Positions 8,725 through 17,177 of a stretch of 64,000 nucleotides of DNA are shown piece after piece. A program made the translations under genes and the position numbers. The stretch is from positions 15,192 through 79,191 of the IMG/VR virus record IMGVR_UViG_3300050821_002957, one strand, 5' to 3'. The notes under the pieces are model-generated. The model had not been told where the DNA came from and searched no databases. It saw only the letters and a list, made by a program, of their open reading frames with translations. Numbering within the stretch: position 1 is the first letter of the stretch; each line of letters begins with the position of its first letter. This DNA is from a virus.

Positions 8725-9318
8725 ATGGATATCGTCTATATAGTGGTACGAATGATGACACTCGAAACACTTGAATCGGAATGGCATGAAGGAAACGAAA
8801 AAGCATTCTCTGCCTATGGAAGAACCAGTCACATCAAAGCTCTATGGCGCTGCTCTAAATGCGGTCATGAGTGGCAAGCTACAAAAAGTAATCGAGTAAG
8901 CAAGGGTAGTGGATGTCCTAAGTGTAGAAAACAAAATTTCAAAGGTTCCAGCAATCCAAAATGGACAGGTTACGGTGAAATCAGTGGAAAGCAATGGTCA
9001 GGAATTCGACGTAATTCTATTCAACCATTTGAAATTACTATCGAATATGCCTGGGAACTGTTTCTCATACAAAACAGAAAATGTGTTTTCACTGGTAGGG
9101 AATTAACAGTAAGCACAGCATCACTAGACTGCATAGACCTATCTAAAGGCTATGTCGAAGGTAATGTCCGATGGATCGATAAAAGATTGAATAACATCCT
9201 ACCAGACGAAACCTTTATTGCGTTATGTCAAGAAGTAGCTGCCTACCAGACCAAGAAAGAGTTGGAAGAGCGAGGCATTCCTTCGTTTACAGAATGGAAA
9301 TCGAAAGGTTCTTCATGA
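8725..9318 (+). CDS. free-standing HNH-family homing endonuclease (zinc-ribbon plus HNH)
   Basis: WRCSKCGHEW...CPKCRK zinc ribbon and SLDCIDLSKGYVEGNVRWI HNH-like motif; opposite strand to the flanking head genes, inserted between gp21 and gp22. Confidence 0.6.
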   Translation: MDIVYIVVRMMTLETLESEWHEGNEKAFSAYGRTSHIKALWRCSKCGHEWQATKSNRVSKGSGCPKCRKQNFKGSSNPKWTGYGEISGKQWSGIRRNSIQPFEITIEYAWELFLIQNRKCVFTGRELTVSTASLDCIDLSKGYVEGNVRWIDKRLNNILPDETFIALCQEVAAYQTKKELEERGIPSFTEWKSKGSS

Positions 9319-9979
9319 AAGCATCAAACGACTCCATCATCTCTCTTTCGGATGGAGCTTTCTTTTTGAACTGCTTCTGAATGGTTGCAACCTGAGCTTC
9401 GACTTTGGTGTTCTTCTGGATCTTTGCTTCGGTCAAAATGCCGCCGCTCCAGACCCACTCTTTGCCTTCCATGATTCCTTGGACAAATGCTGAGGGCGCA
9501 CTAGGATCAGCTACAATGTCAGCAGCGGTCGCAAGATAGAAATCGTCCTGGACTTCTTGGATGCCAGAATCGTTTTGTTTCAGGCTCCCCATGCCACGGC
9601 TAGAGACACCTAATTTGACGCCAGCATCCATTAAGTTCTGGACGATTTTGCCATTTGGTGTATTGAGAATTTTTGCCTTGCCGATGAAGTTGTTGCCGTC
9701 ACGATAAAGTTCGGTAATCAAGTGGCTGACCTTATCGAGATTTAAAGTCGGCCCGTCAGGATGTCCCAATTCTCCGAGAGCACGATTCTGAGATACGTAG
9801 GCTTGATGATAACGGGAAACTTCACGCTCTAAAATATCGATTGGATAAACACGACCATTACGATTTTGAAGATTGGCTTGAAGGAAGACACCTTGGATGT
9901 GATATGACTTATTAGGTCCGTTGCCTTCGGTGACTGCTTCGACAATGATGTTTTCGTTCTGCTCACAAATTAGCTTCAT
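9287..9979 (-). CDS. 21: prohead core protease, T4 gp21 family
   Basis: GELGHP and GVSSRGMGSL correspond to T4 gp21 GELNHP and GVSSRGLGSL. Start taken at MKLICEQ, preceded by AGAGGATAAT. Confidence 0.85.
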   Translation of the reverse strand: MKLICEQNENIIVEAVTEGNGPNKSYHIQGVFLQANLQNRNGRVYPIDILEREVSRYHQAYVSQNRALGELGHPDGPTLNLDKVSHLITELYRDGNNFIGKAKILNTPNGKIVQNLMDAGVKLGVSSRGMGSLKQNDSGIQEVQDDFYLATAADIVADPSAPSAFVQGIMEGKEWVWSGGILTEAKIQKNTKVEAQVATIQKQFKKKAPSEREMMESFDAFMKNLSISIL

Positions 9980-9980
9980 A

Positions 9981-10643
9981 TTATCCTCTCTTCTTAGCTG
10001 CTGGTGGGTGTCCAATGAAATTATCTACGACATGCTTTGCGATCATGTGCATGAATGGATTCTTTCCTGCAAACTTCTTAATCGACGTATGGATTGCTTT
10101 GTACCGTGCTCTCTGCTTCTTGTCGATCTTTTTCTTGGCGGTATTTTCTGCGCCACGTTTCGATTTCAATACTGCGGTGCCTGCGGCCAATTCGTTTGAG
10201 ATGGCTTTCAACTCAGGCGTCTTTTTGTCGCTTGCTGCTTTGCTCCACCGTTCCCGAGTGCTCTTCAGCATGGTTTCGATGTGAGATGCAGCCATTCCGT
10301 CAAAGTATTGTTGGAACTGTGCTCTGGAAGGAACTACAGGTTTACCATTGATGTCTTTTTCGACTCTTGGCTTGGGATCGGACTCAGCCAAAATTTGAAG
10401 GTCTCCCCAAAAATTTGCTGATTCTTGTAGACGAATGGATTCGATCATGTCGGCTGCTTTGGCATAGAGCACAGCCTCCAATCCTTCATCTACACGATTT
10501 GCTGCACCATTGGCCTGTCTAATTGCAGAGGCATCGTCGCCGGTTTTAGACAGCACACTATTAGCTACCGCCACCCATACTTTCTTTTGGTGGTCTGATA
10601 GTCCTTTGTGGTGTTTATCTACATCGGCAACGGTCCAAGGCAT
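9981..10643 (-). CDS. hypothetical head-module protein (possible ChaB-like N-terminus), basic C-terminus
   Basis: Located between the portal and the protease gene, where T4 has gp67/gp68; only a weak ChaB-like pattern. Confidence 0.4.
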   Translation of the reverse strand: MPWTVADVDKHHKGLSDHQKKVWVAVANSVLSKTGDDASAIRQANGAANRVDEGLEAVLYAKAADMIESIRLQESANFWGDLQILAESDPKPRVEKDINGKPVVPSRAQFQQYFDGMAASHIETMLKSTRERWSKAASDKKTPELKAISNELAAGTAVLKSKRGAENTAKKKIDKKQRARYKAIHTSIKKFAGKNPFMHMIAKHVVDNFIGHPPAAKKRG

Positions 10644-10645
10644 TG

Positions 10646-10909
10646 TTAGTTCATCTGTCCCAATTCAGCTTTCATCAAGGTTAACTTGTCTTTCATGACC
10701 GCTAGTGATTTGGTCATTTCAGGTGACTTATTGCCCTTTGACTGTGCTGCTTGAATTTTCTGTTGCATGACCGAAATTTGTTTGGATTTGCTCTGCTTTG
10801 CCATGCCGGGAGTGCTGGCCTCGACGATTAGTTCTGCCGCAATTCGACGCTTCTCTTCGGCGAGCTTCTCTTTCAATTTTGTACGAATCAATTCTTCGAC
10901 TGATGACAT
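10646..10909 (-). CDS. hypothetical small head-module protein
   Basis: 87-aa charged and helical protein in the head module. Confidence 0.4.
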   Translation of the reverse strand: MSSVEELIRTKLKEKLAEEKRRIAAELIVEASTPGMAKQSKSKQISVMQQKIQAAQSKGNKSPEMTKSLAVMKDKLTLMKAELGQMN

Positions 10910-10910
10910 G

Positions 10911-11408
10911 TTATTTGCCCTTCTTTTTTACTACTTTTTTCTTTGCAGCAAGTGCCTCTCTTTTGTTGTGTGCCAGTTGAGCATCGTGATACTTTTTGAT
11001 AGCTTCTGGTGAGGATTTTCCACACTGCCAGCAATTTTCATGTTGTCCAAAATGGGATTCTGCTTCATCCATTTCGCCATGAGATGCAGCAGCACGAGCG
11101 GCATTGCCCATTCTCGATGAAGATTCACCATTACCATGCTTCACATAATCTTTCGGCCACGGCATACGAACGTCGTTTTCCCAGTCCTTACGCTTCTGGC
11201 TCTTTGCCTTTGCAGATACCGGAGCTTTGTCACCTGCCCTGCGATGTTCCTGGTGTGGTGCTTCTGTAAGATCACCGAAAATTTCAACGGCGACTTGTTT
11301 GCGTGCTTCGTTAATCGCAGCCACAGTTTTCTGTCTCAATGCCTTTGTAAGAGCATTGGTTGCGCTCGTAGCATTCTTGTTTTGAATGTCTTCCAATAAT
11401 GTCTTCAT
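10911..11408 (-). CDS. prohead core protein, gp67-like N-terminus
   Basis: MKTLLEDIQNK...ALRQKTVAAINEARK resembles the T4 gp67 N-terminus MEGLIEAIKSND...; the position fits. Confidence 0.4.
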   Translation of the reverse strand: MKTLLEDIQNKNATSATNALTKALRQKTVAAINEARKQVAVEIFGDLTEAPHQEHRRAGDKAPVSAKAKSQKRKDWENDVRMPWPKDYVKHGNGESSSRMGNAARAAASHGEMDEAESHFGQHENCWQCGKSSPEAIKKYHDAQLAHNKREALAAKKKVVKKKGK

Positions 11409-11417
11409 ATGATCCTC

Positions 11418-13217
11418 TTAGAATTGTTCCTTATGCTTTTTGTGACTGTGACCACCAACTTTTCCGGTGTAGGCAGCTTTGGTTCTTCTCGCCATCTTAA
11501 TGTGGTGCTTCATATCTGCCTTTGCGGTAGCAGAAATATGTTGCTTGGTTGCCATCTTCTGTTCAGGCGAAAGAGACGGATCTTTGTTGATCATTGCAGC
11601 CTGTTTCTTGAAAGCTGAAAGGTTACGACGGCCATGAACTTTGAATTGACCGAGATGTTGTTTTGCCATCTGGTACTTCTTATTTTTTACAGGATCGGTC
11701 TTCGCTGTTTGCTTAATCAATGGGTTTAATACTTCGGTAATGAACTTTTGGTTGGCTTCTACTTCAGCTTTGAAACCAAAATCTTCATTACGGACGAACG
11801 ATTTCTTTTTAGCCGGTGGAGGAACAACTACTTCTTCGTCACCATCATCGTCTTCGTCGTCGTAAGGATCGTCATCATCATCCGAATCATCATCGACTAC
11901 TTCTTCGTCGTCATCACCATCGTCATCACCATCTTCGTCATCAGAGTCATCGTCATCAGAGTCATCGTCATCAGAGTCATCGTCATCAGAGTCATCATCT
12001 GTTGAGAAATCTCCGTCAGAATCCTCGTCGTCATCGTCCTGGTCGTCATCATCATCATCATCATCTTCATCGTCGGAATCGTTATCTGAATTGAAGTCGT
12101 CTGGTGATACACTGTACGGATCGCTTAACGGATCGTCGTCATCTTCATCGTCTTCGTCGTCGCCATCTTGGTCTTCGTCTTCATCGCCGTCTTCAGAATC
12201 ATCATCGTCGCCAATGCCTTGTGGATCGCCCTGGTCATCATTGCCGTCTTCAAGATCGTCTCCGGTGTCTACGGTCTGTTCACCATCAGGAACATCACCA
12301 TCGCCGCCGAAATCGCCTTGATCACCATTCTCGTCGCCAGCAATGCCAGTTTCGTCGCCATTGTCTGCGTCACCGAATCCACTGTTTTGTTCGTCATCTG
12401 GATTCTGGCCGAAATCACCGTTGTCATCGACTTGATCGGTATCTCCAATTTCGAGATCAGGATCAGAATTGTCATCGCCCATGTCTGCACCCGGCTGGAC
12501 TTGCTGACCAGGAGCAGGCTGACCTGGGAGACCGCCTTGATTGCCTGCGAGAACAGTCTGGCCGCACGCCTGACAAGTCTTTGGCTCTGGCATTGCTTGA
12601 CCGCATGACTGACAAGTGCCACCGCCCATTTGCTGAGACTGGCCCATTGCATTAAGGGTCGGATCGCTACCTTGAGGACTGGTAACTGCTGCGTCAGGAC
12701 CACCCGATGCAGACATGTCGCCAAGAGAAGGCTGACCACCGCCACCAGTTTGCATCGGTGAGGTAGTGTCAGAACCCGGCTGCATTGGCATCTGAGGCGC
12801 TTGGTTGAACGTGGCAGTCGGCGGTAATTGTGTGCCGGTGCCCTGGTCCATTGTTGCGCCAGGAGTTGCCTGAGACGCCATTCCTTGAACAGAGTCTTGT
12901 GCCTTCCAGTTATTGTCTACGTATTGAAAAAATTGCTTTTTGGTTGCTTCGTCTCTGAAATCTTCAGGACCATTGACACCAAACTTTTTTAGAGCATTTG
13001 CGAAGAATACCGCATATGTGTTATCGCTAGGATTCACGAACTCGGGCTGCTCATCGGCACCAAAACTTTCCTGGACGGTGCCGTAAGTCTTCCGTGCAAC
13101 CGATGTTGCTTGTTCGGAGATCGCCTTTAGGAGCTTTCTTCCAAGCGTTTTCTCTACTACTGAGACAGCTTTAGCAGATTGTTCGCTCGTGATTAGCTCG
13201 ATGATAGATTTGTTCAT
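11418..13217 (-). CDS. extremely acidic low-complexity protein (poly-D/E/S) with a CxxC...CxxC motif and a basic C-terminal tail; possible internal head protein
   Basis: 599 aa with about 250 aa of poly-Asp/Glu/Ser; CQSCGQAMPEPKTCQACGQ; 15-nt tandem DNA repeats at about 11926-11995. Confidence 0.6.
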   Translation of the reverse strand: MNKSIIELITSEQSAKAVSVVEKTLGRKLLKAISEQATSVARKTYGTVQESFGADEQPEFVNPSDNTYAVFFANALKKFGVNGPEDFRDEATKKQFFQYVDNNWKAQDSVQGMASQATPGATMDQGTGTQLPPTATFNQAPQMPMQPGSDTTSPMQTGGGGQPSLGDMSASGGPDAAVTSPQGSDPTLNAMGQSQQMGGGTCQSCGQAMPEPKTCQACGQTVLAGNQGGLPGQPAPGQQVQPGADMGDDNSDPDLEIGDTDQVDDNGDFGQNPDDEQNSGFGDADNGDETGIAGDENGDQGDFGGDGDVPDGEQTVDTGDDLEDGNDDQGDPQGIGDDDDSEDGDEDEDQDGDDEDDEDDDDPLSDPYSVSPDDFNSDNDSDDEDDDDDDDDQDDDDEDSDGDFSTDDDSDDDDSDDDDSDDDDSDDEDGDDDGDDDEEVVDDDSDDDDDPYDDEDDDGDEEVVVPPPAKKKSFVRNEDFGFKAEVEANQKFITEVLNPLIKQTAKTDPVKNKKYQMAKQHLGQFKVHGRRNLSAFKKQAAMINKDPSLSPEQKMATKQHISATAKADMKHHIKMARRTKAAYTGKVGGHSHKKHKEQF

Positions 13218-13253
13218 GAATATAGCTCCCCTAAAGATAGATATTTATGACAA

Positions 13254-13721
13254 TCAATGAGTTGCGGTGTTCGTGCTGACATATGCCACCAAACATCTGG
13301 CAAATTCAAGTACATCGGAATCAGCGTACTTATTTTTGCAAGTATTGTAGATCCAAACTACCAATTGACAATTATCCGGGGTATAGCCTTTGGTTCTGTC
13401 AATTCGATCAATACTAGGGGCACATTTCGATTCCGTGGTCTCTCGATCAAACAGCATTCCGGTTCTTTCACAATGACCTTTTTCTAATCTGTCAATACAC
13501 CACTGACGGTCGATAGTGACCTCCAACCCACTTCCTTTGGCTCGAAATTTAGCACCACTGATTAGTTTACTGGCTTGTCCCTTAACAGTTTTTCTGTATT
13601 TTTGTAGGGATTTTTTGTGGCTCTCTTTATAACGCTTATTAGTACGTTGATATTCCTTCATGTACTCTTTCATACGAGCGTTGACTTTGGCCTTTTTTGC
13701 TTCGGGACTCTTTTTCATCAT
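13254..13721 (-). CDS. HNH-family homing endonuclease (paralogue of 19615-20127)
   Basis: APSIDRIDRTKGYTPDNCQLVVWIYN motif; about 45 % identical over the C-terminal half to the protein encoded at 19615-20127. Confidence 0.55.
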   Translation of the reverse strand: MMKKSPEAKKAKVNARMKEYMKEYQRTNKRYKESHKKSLQKYRKTVKGQASKLISGAKFRAKGSGLEVTIDRQWCIDRLEKGHCERTGMLFDRETTESKCAPSIDRIDRTKGYTPDNCQLVVWIYNTCKNKYADSDVLEFARCLVAYVSTNTATH

Positions 13722-13751
13722 CGCAAGATATTTAGCGATGTATTGAAAGAC

Positions 13752-14087
13752 CTATTCTGATGTTTCTTCAGAGGTTGACTGTTGATCGCCTTGAAACTCA
13801 GAACTTGCTTTTTTCTTATTCTGTTTTGCCTTCCAAGCACCTTCAACTTTTGGCTGTTCAATGATGACTTCTTCTTGCTGTTGAACCTTTGGTTGATCGA
13901 TGTCAAACACAGGTTCCGGCATTACAATTTTTGGTTCTTCAATGACTTGGACCGGCTTTTTCTTTTCGATATACGGACAACCAACATTTGCGCCGTATCG
14001 TTTGGAGACAGGTTTATCTGTAGTGGCCTTTGGAGCAGGCTTTACTTTTGGTTTGTGTAGTGGTGTTCCAATCTTTGCTTTGTACAT
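13752..14087 (-). CDS. hypothetical Lys/Glu/Pro-rich protein
   Basis: ORF directly downstream of the portal gene. Confidence 0.4.
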   Translation of the reverse strand: MYKAKIGTPLHKPKVKPAPKATTDKPVSKRYGANVGCPYIEKKKPVQVIEEPKIVMPEPVFDIDQPKVQQQEEVIIEQPKVEGAWKAKQNKKKASSEFQGDQQSTSEETSE

Positions 14088-14088
14088 A

Positions 14089-15939
14089 TTATCTTCTCCA
14101 GAGTGCTTCTACGTTACGTGTTGCACGCTCTGTCGGTAGATCATCAACGTCTACGTGAGCGTCTTCATCTTCGTCTTCATCATCAGACACGCCTGCGGCT
14201 CCCGGCTGGGGCTGTAGACCGGCTGGCTGTGGTGGGCCTTGTTGCTGTTCGTCATCGTCCTCTTCTCCACCGCCTTCCTCTTCATCATCTGATTGCTGTT
14301 GTCCCGGAGGCATTCCACCACCTGGACCACCCATTCCTCCACCAGGACCGCCCATCATGGCATTAGGATCATTTGGATCGCCACCGCCCATTGCGTTTGG
14401 ATCTTGTCCCATCGAAGGGTCCATTCCACCCGGCATACCCATCATTCCACCGCTTGTCATTGCTTCAAGCGCCTGATAGCGAGGATCACTCTTTTCACGA
14501 AGCATCCGAGCATCTTCTGCTTTCATCTCTTGGTCGGTCTGCATTAGAACGCCACGACGAATCGATTCCCAAGAGAACAACTTGCCAGCATATTGAACCA
14601 TGTGATCTACGACAGCAAGACGATTCTGGATGATTTCGAGATTTTTCTGTTCCGAATAATATGTATCTTTTAGGAAGCTGTAGTAAATCTTCTGTCTGAT
14701 CGTCGTCCAATCTTCCTTGGTGATAATGCCTTTGAGCATCAATTGAGTCGATAGTAAATCATCGAACAATTGGGTGAAACGATTGCGAATACGATGGATG
14801 AACTTTCCAAATTTCACTTCTTCACGAGTGATTGAAGCTCCATCTCCAAAGCTCATGGTCGATTCTGATTTAAGACGACTGACCGGCACATTCAATGCCT
14901 GATAGAGTTTCTCTTTGAAGTATTCTACGTCGGCCATTTCGCCAAGATTTTCACCGCCCGGAAGCGTAGTGATTTCTGTACCTCGACCACCTTCACGACG
15001 AGGGAGCCAGTAGTCTTCCATGAACGAAAGAAACTTTTTGTCTTCACGAATTTCGCCGGTCGATGCATCATAGACCATCTTGTTCCGATACTTGGACATG
15101 ATGTCTTTCAAATACTGTTCTGCTTTCTGCTTCGGCAGGTTTCCTACGTCAATGTAAAACACACGACGCTCAGGCGCACGAGAAAGACGATAGATGACTG
15201 TTGCGTCCTCGACCATCGACAACATGTTAGAAGCCTTAAGTGCCTTGTGTAGGTAACCCAGGATCATCGTATTGTTGGTCTCACGAATGCCAGAGTGAAC
15301 ATAACAAATTGAATCCCAAGCGATCTTTACCCCTGTCGTAGTCGTCGTCGCATCCGATCCAAATTGGTTATAGACGTAGTAGCGCTGCTTTTCAATTTGC
15401 ATCGGCACGCCTTCTTGCGAAACATAAGATTCAGTTTCGATGACCGGCTTGATGCGGCGTGGATCGATAGGACGAAGCTCTTGAATACCATCACGAGGAT
15501 TCTGCGTGTCAATGATAATGTGATAGTAAAGACGGCCATCGACATACCATTGACGATAGATGTCTTGACCTTCATTGTTAAAATCGAGAAGGTTCAATAT
15601 GTTGTCGAACTCTTCTTGAATTTTTTGAATGATGTCGTCGGAGTAACTTAGTTTATCGGTTACAAGGGCGATTGGTGGTTTCTGTTCTTCGGTGACAATT
15701 GATTCATTGATAATCTCACTAACAGCACCTTCGACTTCAGGTCTGGTAGCCATTTCACGATACTTGGTGATAAGCTCGATTTCGTTTTTGACGATTCCAT
15801 CGAGGTCTACAACAGTTGTAAATGCGCCGCCTTGTTCGACAACCACTGCTCCGTCATCATTCTGTGGCGGGGCAAAAGATAGTGGATCTTTATCTTGTTT
15901 CTTGTCTTTGAACAGGAAACCAAAGAGATTATAGGCCAT
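14089..15939 (-). CDS. 20: portal vertex protein, T4 gp20 family, with a Gly/Pro-rich acidic C-terminal extension
   Basis: GQDIYRQWYVDGRLYYHIIIDTQNPRDGIQELRPIDPRRI corresponds to T4 gp20 [40 protein letters not shown], with further conserved blocks. Confidence 0.9.
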   Translation of the reverse strand: MAYNLFGFLFKDKKQDKDPLSFAPPQNDDGAVVVEQGGAFTTVVDLDGIVKNEIELITKYREMATRPEVEGAVSEIINESIVTEEQKPPIALVTDKLSYSDDIIQKIQEEFDNILNLLDFNNEGQDIYRQWYVDGRLYYHIIIDTQNPRDGIQELRPIDPRRIKPVIETESYVSQEGVPMQIEKQRYYVYNQFGSDATTTTTGVKIAWDSICYVHSGIRETNNTMILGYLHKALKASNMLSMVEDATVIYRLSRAPERRVFYIDVGNLPKQKAEQYLKDIMSKYRNKMVYDASTGEIREDKKFLSFMEDYWLPRREGGRGTEITTLPGGENLGEMADVEYFKEKLYQALNVPVSRLKSESTMSFGDGASITREEVKFGKFIHRIRNRFTQLFDDLLSTQLMLKGIITKEDWTTIRQKIYYSFLKDTYYSEQKNLEIIQNRLAVVDHMVQYAGKLFSWESIRRGVLMQTDQEMKAEDARMLREKSDPRYQALEAMTSGGMMGMPGGMDPSMGQDPNAMGGGDPNDPNAMMGGPGGGMGGPGGGMPPGQQQSDDEEEGGGEEDDDEQQQGPPQPAGLQPQPGAAGVSDDEDEDEDAHVDVDDLPTERATRNVEALWRR

Positions 15940-15983
15940 AATTACTTGTATTTAGCAAAGTAGATATGCAGGAAGAATCCAGC

Positions 15984-16580
15984 CTACTTCTTTGCAGCTT
16001 TGGCTTCTTGACTTTTTATGTATTCGGGAGTTTGCTGGTACTCAATAATGGTAGAAGCGATCTTTCTCCAGCGAATTTCATGGACATTTCTTGGTGCAGG
16101 TAGGATGGATCTTAGCTCGCCCATTTTCACAGTTCCGTCACCAATTGCTTTCAGACGTTCTTGTGTTCTAACTTCAATTGCGCCTTCTAGATCGGTGTTG
16201 GTGACGTGTTTTCTGCCCTGAACTTTTGAAATCAAAAATGCAAGATGGTAGACCGGACCAAGTTCAGCGACAGTTATTTCCTGATCGACGACAGCTTTGA
16301 CCATTGTGCGAATCATGGTAGGATCGACAAAGAAATCAGGACGGAAGAGTGATGCTGCTTTTTCGTCGCTAACCGGCCCTTCAATAGGCCGTATACGTGG
16401 AACAAACCCATTACGCTTTTTCTTGGCGAATGGGTTTGTTGTAGTTGACTGATCTCCGTTTGCTGTGGTGATCGTCACTGGACCTGTTGGCTTAGAAGGT
16501 GTCTTCTGTCTAATAGCTACAGATGCTTTTGTAGACCGTAACGGAGTAATGGTCTTCGGACGATGAAAACTATGTCTCAT
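15984..16580 (-). CDS. hypothetical protein between the tail tube and portal genes (no T4 counterpart at this position)
   Basis: 198-aa ORF co-oriented with its neighbours; its stop overlaps the tube gene start region. Confidence 0.5.
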   Translation of the reverse strand: MRHSFHRPKTITPLRSTKASVAIRQKTPSKPTGPVTITTANGDQSTTTNPFAKKKRNGFVPRIRPIEGPVSDEKAASLFRPDFFVDPTMIRTMVKAVVDQEITVAELGPVYHLAFLISKVQGRKHVTNTDLEGAIEVRTQERLKAIGDGTVKMGELRSILPAPRNVHEIRWRKIASTIIEYQQTPEYIKSQEAKAAKK

Positions 16581-17128
16581 TAAAGAGTGTTGGCGTTAGT
16601 CCAGTAGTCGTACTGCATTGTGACCTGGAATTCTTCGATCTGATCGTTTGCGTCCCATGCGAGATCCTGAGGAGAAACAGCAGACGGCCAAGAATTTTTC
16701 AAAACGTAAGTTGCGATTTGTGACGCACCCGTTTTGCTCCACTGAATGACAGTTGCATCGGCTGCATAACCTACGCTGGTTACAGAGTTGATTGCACGAA
16801 TGTTTTGCAAGTGAGCGTTGATGCCATTCGACCATGCCTCGAAAGCGCCACGGACATCGAATGTTTCATCGTTGATAACCGTGATGCTCCACTCTGGGAA
16901 TGTGCGATTTCCAGGAACTTTGATTTGACGACCAAAGTAAGGAACAGGAACAACACCGACTTCTTCCGGTGGCAACGAAGCCGCCTTACAGAAAAAGGTA
17001 AGATTCTGCTGGGCTGTACCTGCTGCACCAGCCGCCGCTGCCGGGAATACCAAGTCAACTTCAAAAAGATTTTGACGTGCGCCATCGCCAACTAGAGCGG
17101 AGCGGAATGTTGAGATATTAAATGCCAT
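16580..17128 (-). CDS. 19: tail tube protein, T4 gp19 family
   Basis: ARQNLFEVDL...FFCKAASLP...GNRTFPEWSITVINDETFDVRGAFEAW corresponds to T4 gp19 ARPNLFQVEI...FQCKATALP...GDRTFDDWTVTVMNDEAHDARQKFVDW. Confidence 0.8.
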   Translation of the reverse strand: MAFNISTFRSALVGDGARQNLFEVDLVFPAAAAGAAGTAQQNLTFFCKAASLPPEEVGVVPVPYFGRQIKVPGNRTFPEWSITVINDETFDVRGAFEAWSNGINAHLQNIRAINSVTSVGYAADATVIQWSKTGASQIATYVLKNSWPSAVSPQDLAWDANDQIEEFQVTMQYDYWTNANTL

Positions 17129-17150
17129 GTTGTTGTTTTCCTCTTGTACT

Positions 17151-17157
17151 TATTTAG
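17151..17157 (-). promoter_or_regulatory. late-promoter-like CTTCTAAATAAG motif upstream of the tail tube gene, with an adjacent small hairpin
   Basis: tatttag on the plus strand; AAGGGG...CCCTT hairpin abuts the motif; GAGGAAAACAAC Shine-Dalgarno sequence follows. Confidence 0.4.
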
Positions 17158-17177
17158 AAGGGAGTTGGAACCCCTTA

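Noticed and set aside
11748-12745. His/Arg-rich and Ser-rich ORFs (11816-12094, 12104-12655, 12091-12321 and others)
   Set aside because: They are antisense or out-of-frame readings of the poly-Asp/Glu repeat region of gene 11418-13217.
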